Part shown: one piece after another, positions 1 through 12,320 of the stretch | How positions within the stretch are numbered: the stretch's first letter is position 1 | Layout of the letters: every line of letters starts with the position of its first letter | DNA from: the human T2T-CHM13v2.0 reference genome, Homo sapiens | Assembly: GCF_009914755.1 (NCBI RefSeq) | Contig: NC_060937.1 | Direction: 5' to 3' (one strand) | Length of the DNA: 64,000 bases | The notes under the pieces: model-generated | Database searches by the model: none | What the model was told of the DNA's origin: nothing | The model's input: only the letters and a program-made list of their open reading frames with translations | Translations under genes and position numbers: made by a program

Positions 1-542
1 TTTAATGAACTTAATGTCAGCTGTTGATTCTGGCCAGATTTCACAGTGACATCCTGTTATGCCACAGGGCCACTTAAACAAGGAGGAGATCCATGTCAGC
101 AAATTTCTAGCTAATTCAGGGATAGTCTTTCAAGTTACATATTGTTTAAGTTTTAACTCTTTAAAAAGTGGTCTTCATATAACATCACATACATTTTTAG
201 CACCTTAGGTAGAAGTTGCTAAAAATGATTTTGTCTTTAAGGATAACTCTGATCACTGTATTGTGAAATGCGAGGCCATTGTACCATGGGGCATGATTTT
301 CTCTGAGGCAGTGGCAGATGGGACTATTGGCAGTGGGACTATTTCTTGTTCCATCAAATGACCTCTGGCTGCTATATTTTTGAGTAGTCCACTTTGGTTT
401 TACTCTGTTGTTCCAGGCTTGGTTGCTGTCCAGTCTCACAGTAGTGTACTTTGCTTCTGGTGTATTCTGTCTCCTGAGCCCTTCGCCCTTCTATTGGGGT
501 GCTTCTAATTTGTTGTAAATTAAAAACCTGCTAGATAATCTT

Positions 543-995
543 TTTTTTATTTATTATACTTTAAGTTCTAGGGTACATGTGCACAACGTGCAGGTTTGTT
601 ACATATGCATACATATGCAACTTGTGTATGCATACATATGCAACATGTGTATGCATACATATGCAACATGTGTATGCATACATATGCAACATGTGTATGC
701 ATACATATGCAACATGTGTATGCATACATATGCAACATGTGTATGCATACATATGCAACATGTGTATGCATACATATGCATACACATGTTGGTGTGCTGC
801 ACCCATTAACTCATCATTTATATTAGGTGTATCTCCTAATGCTATCCCTCCCCACTTCCCCCACCCCACAATAGGCCCCAGTGTGTGATGTTCCTCTTCC
901 TGTGTCCATGTGTTCTCATTGTTCAATTCCCTCCCATGAGTGAGAACATGTGGTGTTTGGTTTTCTGTCCTTGTGATAGTTTGCTCAGAATGATG
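543..995 (-). mobile_element. 5'-truncated L1PA 3' end
   Basis: poly-T then ttattatactttaagttctagggtacatgtgcacaacgtgcagg (L1PA 3' UTR antisense); TSD aaaacctgctRgataatctt at 523-542 and 996-1015. Confidence 0.92.
605..780. repeat. 23-bp minisatellite (ATGCATACATATGCAACATGTGT) x ~7.6
   Basis: units start at 605, 628, 651 ... 766; 23-aa periodicity in overlapping ORFs. Confidence 0.95.
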
Positions 996-1164
996 AAAAC
1001 CTGCTGGATAATCTTGCTAGAATATATTATAATTAAGAATAGGCTCAGAGTGATGTCTTCAGAGGGTGAGCTAGGAATCATATAGGTACTTTTATGGTGC
1101 AAACTTGAATAAAATGTGTGAGCAGCCACAGCTGGTTTGGTTAATTTTGCCTTTGGGTTATTTC

Positions 1165-1520
1165 ACTGTTCACTCACTATCTGCTATGTGCTAGGAACAT
1201 ATGGAATTGAAGTAAACATTCTTGTCCTTCCCATAATCTGTTCTGGGGATAGATAAAATACTAAGCAAAGCATTATGCCTATATGATATAGGTGTAAACA
1301 CTGTACTGTAGGCTTGCATGAGGAGTGTCGTTATAAATTTGACCAGACTTACTGAAAGATGTAAGATTGGGTGGAAGGAAGGATACTTTGGTCATGGAGA
1401 GACAGGTAGGGTGTAAGGGAGAGGATGTCCTAGGTGGAAGCAAAAGTGTGAGCAAACATGATCAAATAAAGGGTGTGTGGAAGGAATGGAATTTATTTGG
1501 GTGTGGTTGAAGCATGAAAC
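1165..1520. mobile_element. old L2-like fragment
   Basis: cactatctgctatgtgctagg followed by purine-rich L2-type sequence; diverged. Confidence 0.45.
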
Positions 1521-1794
1521 ATCTGTGGTGGTTACCCAGAGGGGAACATCGAATTGTTATTCACACGCCTGCTGTTCATAGCATATAGCTCCTAGAAGGT
1601 GGGTAGATGTCTCTGCTTATGTTGTGTGAAAATTAAAGAAGCACATGTATATCTTCCAATGTAGAAAACAAAGACCACATTGGAAGATTTTCTCATCAGG
1701 GGCGCCATTTTACAAACTAAAGCTCTTTAGGAGAAGATACACAGCAATTTCCTTGTCTTGAGTTTTGAAACATTTTTTTTTAAACCATTTGTAA

Positions 1795-1989
<195 letters not shown>

Positions 1990-2440
1990 TAACAGTTCCT
2001 TGGAATTCACTTAATTACATGTAAAATGAGATTTTGCTAAAGGTTCCTTAACTGCTAAAGTGTTATAATCTTGGAATATAGTTTGTTTCCCTCCTCTAGT
2101 CATTGTTTGATAGAGTGAACAAGCCTGACTTTGTATACAGGGAGATTTCTTTTGGTATGGCCTTGAGGATGATTGCAGTGACTGAAAGAGGCATTGAAAA
2201 GTGGCCTTAGGGCCATACTTTTAAGCCTTTTTCTGTTCCAAACACATAACCAATGTTGGATAAAATTTTTAAAAATATGTAAAATACATAGCTAGTTTTT
2301 AAAGTAAGGTAATTATTTTTGAGTAACAGAAATGGAACAGAACTGCAAAAGTGTGAAACGTACGTGACTGCCGTAATTTTCTGTTCATGGAGAGGATTTT
2401 TAATGTGCCAACTTCCTACTTGTGGTCTCTTATCTTCCAG

Positions 2441-2539
2441 CAAATTCCAGATGTATCTCCAACAGGAAGATATACCACCCTGGTGCCATTGATCATTATT
2501 TTAACAATTGCAGGCATCAAAGAGATTGTAGAAGATTTT
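2441..2539 (+). CDS. ATP8A2: exon 4 ([33 protein letters not shown]; TM2)
   Basis: cttccag|CAA ATT ... GAT TTT|gtaagt; 99 nt. Confidence 0.96.
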
Positions 2540-3003
2540 GTAAGTTTTTGCTTTTGGATAATAAAATCATTGTATGCAGTAGATAATAACTTATGTGTTG
2601 CCTCGGGTGATATATTTAAGGCAGGAAATTGGGCTATAGCTTAACCAGCCTCTTTAGACACCTGATGGTATTTTTAGGGGGAGGTAATGTATACTCAGAG
2701 TGTCCTAAATACCTGTACAGTGACACTAAACAGTTCAAACTTTGTTTTCAAATATTAGGTCTCTGGAGCCCCATTGATTTTTATCACTGATGTTCCTTAT
2801 AGCCTGCTTTAGAGCTTGCTAATTTGGGCAGCAAATGAAAGATTGCTGTGTTGTCTAGGATGGCAGCATTGTCTCGCTCTGCCTGAGGCAATTTTACAAG
2901 AATCTTCTCCCCTCACAATCATCCTAGTGTACCTCCAAGTTCATTGGCTACAGCAACTATATTCCTTTTCCCTGTCTTTCTTGCTCTGTCTCCCCCTATA
3001 TAT

Positions 3004-3328
3004 TTGTGTGTGTGTGTATATATATGTTATATATATGTTATATATATGATATATATGTTATATGATATATATGTTATATATGTTATATATGATATATGTT
3101 ATATATGATATATGTTATATATGATATATATGTTATATATGATATATATGATATATATGATATATATGATATATATGTTATATATGATATATATATGTTA
3201 TATATGATATATATATGTTATATATGATATATATGTTATATATGATATATATATGTTATATATATGATATATATATGATTATATATATGATTATATATAT
3301 GATTATATATATATGTTATATATATATG
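3004..3328. repeat. (TG)n then interrupted (TA)n / TATATG low-complexity array
   Basis: directly visible, ~320 bp. Confidence 0.95.
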
Positions 3329-3447
3329 TTTGCATGTGCTGTCTCTCTGTCTCTGGATCTTCCTCTCCTCCCTTACATACACACACACCTTGCTTTCACA
3401 AACATATATGCATCTTTCTGGGAATAGGTATGTAAATAAATATAATA

Positions 3448-3775
3448 CAGGTTAAGCATCCCTAAATCCAAAAACCCCAAATCTGAAATGCTTCAAAATC
3501 CAAAACTTTTGCATGCCGACATGATGCCACAAGTGGAAAACTCCACACCTGACCTCGTGTGATGGCTGCACAAAATTATTATAAACACTGTATGAAGTTA
3601 CCTTCAGGTTATGTGCATAAAGTGAATATGAAGCATAAATAAATTTCATGTTTAGACTTGGGTCCCATCCCAGAGACACCTCATTGGGTATATGCAAATA
3701 CTCCAGGATCTGAAACAATCTGAAATATGAAACACTTCTAGTCCCGAGCATGTCAGATAAGGGATCTTCAACCTG
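3448..3775. mobile_element. Tigger4b/MER46B-like MITE (TcMar-Tigger)
   Basis: TIRs caggttaagcatccct / agggatcttcaacctg with TA TSD at 3446-47 and 3776-77. Confidence 0.88.
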
Positions 3776-4119
3776 TACACATCGAAGCAAAGTTACTTTA
3801 TCAATAAAATGAAGTTGGCTGTTTGTTGCTGGGTTTATCACACTGAATAATCATTTCAGTCTGATCTAAAGCAAGGAGTGAAAAGTTTTGTACTTCCAAG
3901 TGCTAGAACCAAAATAAAATAATTGAAACTAGAGGAGACCACTTCTAAACTTAGGGAGTGCTGATAGATCACAAAATTGTCTAACTGAATTTTACAGCAT
4001 GAGCATTATTGGCATTTAGTTTCCTTGTCCCCTGTAATTTCCTGATTGTTTTGTTTGCTATTTCAATTATTCATGTGGAACTTTTGAATGTTAAACTATT
4101 TTTTTTCTTTCTGTAACAG

Positions 4120-4165
4120 AAGCGACACAAGGCAGACAATGCAGTTAACAAAAAGAAAACAATAG
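4120..4165 (+). CDS. ATP8A2: exon 5 (KRHKADNAVNKKKTI)
   Basis: taacag|AAG CGA ... ATA G|gtaaga; 46 nt; frame continuous with neighbours. Confidence 0.95.
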
Positions 4166-4505
4166 GTAAGATCCCAGGCTGAAGGACTTTTTCCACTGGA
4201 AAACTTAAGAATAAGGCCTGCATTTAAGGAATTTTAAATAAGTAGTGAATGGTATTGAGATAAATTGGGAAGATGATCTATAAAATAAAGAAATAGTAAA
4301 ATAACAAACAAACTGAACATAATTTTAGTCCTGATAATTAAGTTTGAACAGCATTTGTGTATTTTAGAATGTTAGAAAAGGTTGTAATTTTCAGGAACTA
4401 GACAGTTTTTATGTCCATAAAAAGTCTAAGCATTCATGTCCTTCATTTATAATCTCTCCTTACTTCCCTCTTCTACTTTTTATTGTTTTATTTCTACAAC
4501 ATCAA

Positions 4506-4812
4506 TTTTTTGTTTGTTTGTTTCATTTTTTGAGACAGGGTCTCACTCCTGTTGCCCAGGCTGGACTACAGTGGCATGATCATGGCTCACTGTAGCTTTG
4601 ACCTCCCAGGCTCAGGTGATCCTCCCACCTCAGCCTCTTGAGTAGCTGGGACTACAGGCAAGCACCACCACCCCCGACTAATTTTTGTATTTTTGGTAGA
4701 GATGGGTTTCACCGTGTTGCCCAGGCTAGCCTCAAACTTCTGGGCTCAAGCAGTCTGCCTGCCTTGGCTTCCCAAAGTGTTAGGATTACAGGTATGAGCC
4801 ACTGCGCCCAGC
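4506..4812 (-). mobile_element. Alu (AluJ-like)
   Basis: antisense dimeric Alu with T-rich tail. Confidence 0.92.
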
Positions 4813-5120
4813 TGTTCAGTTTTTTTTAAATTGTGGAACAGCAGGCTTTTTTTTTCTTCTGGGCTGAAAATAAGTAGATTTAACTTACATACATACATAA
4901 ACATTTATGTGTATGCATGAATGTATATATGTTACAGAGGTACATACCATACGTTGGTGTTCCATTTTGAGGGTGGGGGTGCTGATGTTATGCCATCATG
5001 GCTAAAGATAGGGTATGTTAGAATTAATAAATGGAATTCTAAAAGAAAGCTTTTGGATTTTAGGAAGCTGATTCAATTTAACACCAGTATTAACCAATAT
5101 TTTATTTTTCTCTTTTTCAG

Positions 5121-5161
5121 TGTTAAGAAATGGTATGTGGCATACCATTATGTGGAAAGAG
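5121..5161 (+). CDS. ATP8A2: exon 6 (VLRNGMWHTIMWKE)
   Basis: ttttcag|TG TTA AGA ... GAG|gtaaaa; 41 nt. Confidence 0.95.
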
Positions 5162-6624
5162 GTAAAAACTAATTTTAAAGATGTACCAGTACTATTGGTT
5201 TGAAGACGCGTAATGAATTGCTGGTCTTGATTGCAGTATAAAGTTTCTGTTAGACACAGTAGAGTTTTCCATGAGGTCTGCTGAGACCTGATGCGTGTTT
5301 ACTCTGTCCCTTGCATCTTCTAGTAAGGGCCCAATGTGTCACTTCAAGCTATGAACTTCATCGCTCCTGAGTGACGTTTCTGAAATCTCAAAGTATTTTC
5401 TAGTTTCTAAATCCAATTTGAGAAATATTTTCCCTGGTCCTCTGTTGTCTTAACCTAAGTTAAAGTTTATTTTTGTTTTTAGCATTTGTGATTCTCACTT
5501 TAAACATTTTTGGGTGGAAAGGTCATTAACTACAGAGTGGTGGAAAGGGGGCAAGAAACCACCCCATTTCCGTTCTAGCACAGCAGTTAGCTGCTCTTAA
5601 TAATAGCAAGGAAAGCTTTGCTTCCACGTCCCTGGAAGTATGAGGTTTAGAGGGTTGAAGAATGGTGTGGTTTTTTGGTTGTTTATGGTGATGAGTAGAA
5701 AATTTAGAAGAAATCTGCCATACCATCTAGGTATTTTATATCTCATAAAATTAGCTTTTTAAATGAGTGTTTTAGCTGGACCTTCTTAATGGACACAAGA
5801 TGTGTTGGGGGATGACTCTCATTAGTCCAGCATTCAAAGCCGATTAACATGATTTCAAAAGAAAACAGCTTTTTAGAAGGGTAACTTGAAGTGGTTCTTC
5901 TTGCTAAATAAACATTTAATAAACAATGTTTTTAAATGCCTCTTACAGTCTTTTATATCTGAAAAATGCCCGTGATATGGTAACTGCAGCATTTGCTTTA
6001 GTTTTCGTTTTACTTTACTTTGTTTTAGGAGAATTCGCCACCCTTTAAAGAAATTTCTCCTTTATAGTGTTTTACAGTAACACCTTAACCTTTGCTGCAA
6101 TCTTGAAGTCGTATGCTGCAAACATTCATCAACCTCACGTTTGGAAAGGTCATGGTTCTTGGTCAGGAGGTTGGGAATTCTTGACTCAAAGTGGGAGAGA
6201 TGCTCCCAATGCTGAAGGAATTCAAGGGTTCTCCCAGCACTGGGAAATTGCCCCTCTATTTCTCTAAGGTTCTTCTTGTTACTCCCTCCCCAGAAAGGTA
6301 TCAGTATCAGCTAGAGTGAAGAATGATTTGGATTCAGAGGGCCTGACATTACTTGAAACAGCAGAAAATGGAGTGATGGTCTCTAATTGATGGTCTTCTG
6401 TGGTCCAGGAGCTGACAGCTTTGCAGACTCCTAAAACTCATGACTGTTTCCATCGTTCATTTGGGAGAAAAACAACAATAACAAAGAAACACCAGTTATG
6501 TACTGTACCGCATGCAGTTTTATTTCCATTTAAAATGTATTTACTTGGTTTATTTCAGTGGAGCTCCTGGCATGTGCCAGAGATTGTACTAGGCATGGGA
6601 AGAATGAAGCTCAGCGCTTCCCTT

Positions 6625-6815
6625 AAGGAGTTTCAAACTTCAGTGGGCATCCCAGTCACCGTCCACAGAGCTGCTGGAACCCAGATGGCTGGGCCCACTC
6701 CCAGGCTATCTGATTCACTGGGTCTCAGGTGGGGCCCTAGAATTTGCACATTTAAACAAATTACTAGTTGAGGCTGATGCCGATGGTGTAGGGAGCACAC
6801 TCAAGAACCACCGGT
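6625..6815. mobile_element. MER5A-like hAT-Charlie MITE
   Basis: tttcaaacttcagtgggcatc...tgattcactgggtctcaggtggggccctagaatttgcac...cacactcaagaaccac. Confidence 0.75.
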
Positions 6816-7383
6816 GTCCTGGGAGAGAGAGGCAACTAACCTAACGCAGTGCAGTTGCTGAGCTCTGTGTAGGAGAAAGCTTCCACTTTGGGAAGAGCTG
6901 GGAGGGGCCACCTACCTAGACCCAGTGGTTCAGATCAGGAAAGTCTGCCCTCCAGAGATGCTCTAGTGCGCTCTTGAAGGGTGAATCAGGGGTAACTAGC
7001 TGCGGAACTGTGAGTAGTTCAATGTGAGGATGAGAATACAGGAGAGGGCAGAGGTGTCAGGCAAGGGGAAGCTGGCTGTCCTTAAGGTCCCCAAAATGAT
7101 AATAATCTAATCTGAAGTGCTGAAGCTCAGATCTGCTGTCCCCTGGGCTGTAGCTGAGTCACGGGTGAGCGCCAAGAGGCAGCTCTCAGGTGGATCTCAG
7201 TGGCTTTGATTGACTTCGAGAGGATCTTTCAGCTACTTCCTCAAAATTAAGAGACTTGAGGAACTCTCTGAGGCTAGAGTGGATTCAGGGATCTGGAAGG
7301 TTTCTGTTCCCAGTGTACTAATTCTTTGAGGGAGTATTGCACACACAAGGAACAATCATGTAAGAACATTAAAACCATTTCCA

Positions 7384-7692
7384 GGCCGGGCATGCTCACA
7401 CCTGCAATCCCAGCACTTTGGGAGGCTGAGGCAGCTGGATCACTTTAGCTCAGGAGCTCAAGATCAGCCTGGGCAACATGGTCAAACCCCATCTCTACAA
7501 AAAAATACAGAAATCAGCTGGGCGTGGTGGTGCGTGTCTGTAATCCCAGCTACTCAGGAGGATGAGGTGGGAGGATCACTTGAGCATGGGAGGTGGAGGT
7601 TGCAGTGAGCCTTGATCGCACCACTGCACTCTAGCCTGGGTGACAGAGCGAGACCCTGTCTCAAAAACAGAAAACAAACAACCAAAAAAAAA
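7384..7692 (+). mobile_element. Alu (AluJ-like)
   Basis: ggccgggc...cccagcactttgggaggc...A-rich tail. Confidence 0.92.
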
Positions 7693-7954
7693 TTTTTTTT
7701 CAAGCAAAATCCAAGTAAGTCATTTCTTATGTACACAAAACTTCTTAGTACTTGGTTACTGGAATATGAATGTTTATTTAGAGAGTAAAGATGAGAGAAA
7801 GCCATAATTTCTCTTATCCTCCCACTTTGAATTTAAAAAAATCCACTGCCTTTTTTCATTTGAAAACATGACAAATTTTCTTGTCTAGTGGTTTTTTCTT
7901 TACTAATTACTTCTTCTGATTTTTATATGTAATTAAACTATTCATATGAAATCG

Positions 7955-8296
<342 letters not shown>

Positions 8297-8689
8297 TGAC
8301 ATAACATCCATTGCTTTTGTACTGGTGGTTGTTAAAACAGCTTTGTGGCATTTTCCCCAGACACTTTAATAAACAACTTAAAGCACCAATAGGATACCTT
8401 TCAGTAAATTTGCCTTTTTCCCAACAGAAAATTAAACATGGGCACCTGCTAGCTTGTAAGATCTGGCAGTTTTTCACAAGTATCGTATCACTTGAAATTC
8501 CTGGTTTCTAAGAGAATAGTAACATGGCTAGAATAGGAAATAGAAAGCATAAATGCCCACTTTGAGCTTTGCAACTATTACTGTACTAGTAATGGTCTTC
8601 TGGTATCGTCAGAGAATTCTAATGTCCTTGACCTTCACACTCATGATGTCCTTTCAGTTATGCTCCCACTGATGGAGACTGACATTTAT

Positions 8690-9505
8690 ATGGACCTGTT
8701 TTATGCCAGGTGCCGTGTATACTTCCTTAGTCACTGCATTCACCTTACAAGGCCGGTGGCACTGTTTTCCTGTTTCAGACATGACACGCTGGGGCGCTGG
8801 GAGGTGAAGCAGCTTGCGGAGATCACAAAGCTAGCACACGGCTATAAAGCTAGGATTGGAGTTAGGCTTGCCTGATTTGAAAGCCCCTGTTCTCTCTACC
8901 CTAGTGCTTTCTGCGATGTTACTGAAAGGATTGGTAGACACTTCGCCATGGTACCATTTTGGAGACTACAGCCCTTTTCCTTGGCTTGAGATCTTCTGTC
9001 TAGTGGAGTCTGTTCCCCAAGGTGGTCTCTGACTTTGGCCGTGATCCTTTTTCTGGGAATTTCTTGAGGCTGTACAAATCTTCTCCATTTTATGTGGTAT
9101 ATTTCCAGGGGGACTTTCAGGTGCACTTTTCATGGGTGAATTTACTGTTGCCTTTTAATCAGAGCATTGGCCTTCCGTGCAGCTTGCCCAGTTTTGAATC
9201 CTGGTTCTAACACTCAGTGGCTGTATTACTGTGATCAAGTTATTTTGTTTTCTGCACCTCAATTTGTAAAACAGAGAAAAATTTATAAAACAGAGAAAAA
9301 TTTATGTGTGTTAACTTAGTTGATCCTTGTAGTCACTCTATGAAATATGTGCCTTTATCCTCATTATATAGATGAGGAAACTGAGGCACACAGAGTTTAT
9401 ATAACTTGTTCATCATTACACAGCTCATCAGGGGTGCAGTGGGGATTGAGCCCAGGCTTTAGGCTGGCTCTGGTGGTGTGTGCGTGACCGTTCTACCCTA
9501 CTGTA
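8690..9505. mobile_element. cluster of MIR fragments
   Basis: MIR cores, e.g. agatgaggaaactgaggcac at ~9370 and gaggtgaagcagcttgcggagatcaca at ~8800. Confidence 0.7.
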
Positions 9506-9834
9506 TACAGCTATGGAAATGCTGAAGTATTTGTAAATGGATGCATAATTGTAAGAAAATGAGTTCTTTATAGCTGTTCTGACTTAGCCCTTTTCTCCCT
9601 TTCCCTTTCCTTTTTTATTAAACATCATTGCAAAAAAAGGCAACATTACCAGTGTCTGCATGGAAGCACTTTCCTTTTGTTCTTGTCAAGGAAAATAATT
9701 TGGGCTTCTCTATCTTAAACTTCATGGCTTAGTTATATAATAATTTTTTCTTCAAATATTTAAGCACCTTTTTCACCATGTGTGTTTTGTTTCTTTTCTT
9801 TCGTGCCCCTCTGTCCTCATCCCTGTCTCTCTAG

Positions 9835-9908
9835 GTGGCAGTGGGAGACATTGTGAAGGTCGTCAATGGGCAGTATCTTCCAGCAGATGTGGTCCTGCTG
9901 TCATCCAG
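9835..9908 (+). CDS. ATP8A2: exon 7 (VAVGDIVKVVNGQYLPADVVLLSS; A domain)
   Basis: long pyrimidine tract, ctag|GTG GCA ... TCC AG|gttagc; 74 nt. Confidence 0.96.
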
Positions 9909-10903
9909 GTTAGCTGTGCTAGTAGGCACCTTTTTTGCAATAAATGTTAAGAACAATAAAATATTAAGCAGCACCTGGGGCAGTCTTGAGCAGCCTGTTC
10001 CCTTCTACCATCCTCTCTCTGTCCCATTCTTCCATTTCTTGTCATTTCCCTTCTCCTGCCATGACCCTTGGTTTCTTTCTCACATTCATTCCTTTGTGCT
10101 TTTTCTGAACTCTTTTATGTGTGTTGACTCCACTTAGTCTCCTGGCTATTTGGGGTTTTTTTCTTATTTATAGGGGCACTGAGTCAAGAGCAGTGGAGTG
10201 GTCCATTCATTAATGTCAGGTTGCAGCATATCTGAGATTTCAGAATCTGTTTCCTGATGGGCCCTGCCAGCAGTCTGTCCTGCAGAACCCAGTGCTGCAC
10301 ATTGATAGCTGTTCAAGAACCATGGGTGTTTTCTCAGCGTAATCGTGACCAGCAGATGGTGTTTGCTCTTCATCCATCCATGTTTTGCCCCTTTTCTGTC
10401 CAAGTATCATTTTCATATTCTCTAGGTAGTTTTATTCTAGGAAGGAATCATCACTCAGTGCAGTTCTTGACTTTTTTGGGGCTTGGTGCATGAAAGTACA
10501 TAGCTAGGAAAGAAAGCCAAAATTAGGTCAAGAATTGACATCTATTCTTGAATTCAAGATTAAATTGTGTGACGTTAGGACTATAACTTCCTATATTTAT
10601 ACACTGTTGGGAATCATAGATCGGCATGCTGTTTGCATTTTCTTTGATTGCAGACAGCGTTTCTTGTATTGAAGTTAATCACTCATTGGATTTTAAGCCT
10701 AAGCATTAATTTTCTGCTTGAGATAATAGATTTAAAAATAGGACTCCAGGCCTGTGGAGGGGGAAAAAGAACCAATAACACAGGGCAGGATTTATGTTTG
10801 TCCATATTGATTGACAACAAAGAAACCCTTAGAAATATTAAAATATTGATCACTTGATAGTTCGGGCTTTAAGTCTTTAAGTCTTGGCTGTGACCTTAGA
10901 AAA

Positions 10904-10907
<4 letters not shown>

Positions 10908-10943
<36 letters not shown>

Positions 10944-10950
10944 GTGTGTG
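10908..10950. repeat. (TG)n microsatellite at Alu tail
   Basis: directly visible. Confidence 0.95.
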
Positions 10951-11263
10951 TTTTGTTTTGTTTTGGAGACAAGGTCTTACTCTGTCACCCAGGCTGGAGT
11001 GCAGTGGCTCAATCATAGCTCACTGTAAGTTCAAACTCCTGGGCTCAAGTGATCCTCCCATCTCAGCCTCCTGAGTAGCTGGGACCACAGGTGCATGCCA
11101 CCATGCCTGGCTAATTTTTAAAAATTTTTTTGTAGAGGCTCATTTTTAAAAATTTTTTGTAGATGTTGCCCAAGCTTGTTCTGGAACTCCTGGCCTCAAG
11201 CAATCCTCCCGCCTTGGCATCTCAAAGTGCTGGGGTTACAAGCGTGAGCCACAGTGCCCAGCC
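10951..11263 (-). mobile_element. Alu (AluJ-like) with duplicated middle linker
   Basis: antisense Alu; atttttaaaaatttttt(t)gtaga occurs twice. Confidence 0.9.
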
Positions 11264-12140
11264 AGTTTTTTTTTTTTAACTTGGTCTTAATACCAGATTG
11301 CTTTAGCTGACATCATGTTTCCAGCATGCTCATTATTAGTGTCTGAGTGTGTGCTGTGTGCTGAACAACCTGTTGAGGAGGTTGTCCCACTTAATCTTCC
11401 CAATAACCCTGGATAGCCTTCTTTTGTACATGACAAGATTGAGATACGGAGAGACTAAACAATTTGCCAAGGCCATATAGCCCATAAAGGTAGTGCTAGG
11501 GGATTTTTACCTTAACTAGTGGTTTTTTAGTTGGAAGAGTCAAGGGGTGGTTAATCACTAACTGTGTGAACCTAGCTAAACTCAAAGATTAGAAATAGGA
11601 TTATAATATCTGTTATGCTTATTTTTATTTTTCGAGTTTTCTATCTTTAATGCTAGGTGTTTTGATTAAAAAGTTGGACTCGAGATGTAAAAATGGCAGA
11701 GAATTAAAGCCTTGCCAAGCCTGTGCCTCGATCCTTCAACTCCTCTGGCTGTTGTTTTCTTCAAAAAATGTGTGTTTCTACTGGCCATGCCTTGGGCAGC
11801 CTTTTTGGTCAGGCCCAGCCCCAGACTTGAAGGATTGCCTGAACCCAGTGGTTGGGTCTGACTGGGGACATCACATGTTTCCCTTTCTCTTTCATCTTCA
11901 GTTCATTCCTGTCTTCTTGAGGCTCAGCAGTCATTATGTGGGGCTTACAAAGGCAGATCATCTGGGCAAATGACTCTCTACTGGTACTGAGTCCCAAAGA
12001 TGAGTGTGTGTTTCCTTTTTCATCCATTACTCCTACTATCGTGGTTATTTATAACAATTTATTTTGAAGGGCCAATCAGCAGACACAGATTCCATAATAG
12101 AGATTTTCTAAACTGTGAATTTGTGGAAAGGACCTTATGA

Positions 12141-12320
<180 letters not shown>

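Noticed and set aside
561-926. Six overlapping Met/His/Cys/Tyr-rich ORFs, and the CRISPR-like look of the array
   Set aside because: They result from a stop-free 23-bp tandem repeat inside an L1. There are no unique spacers and no cas genes, and the DNA is eukaryotic.
2435-2450. Repeated ttccag acceptor 10 nt into exon 4
   Set aside because: Dictated by the IPD codons; the first AG gives the correct frame and nothing suggests use of the second.
7130-7155. REST/RE1-like sequence gctgtcccctgggctg (also half-sites near 4978 and 60499)
   Set aside because: Too many mismatches or only half-sites.
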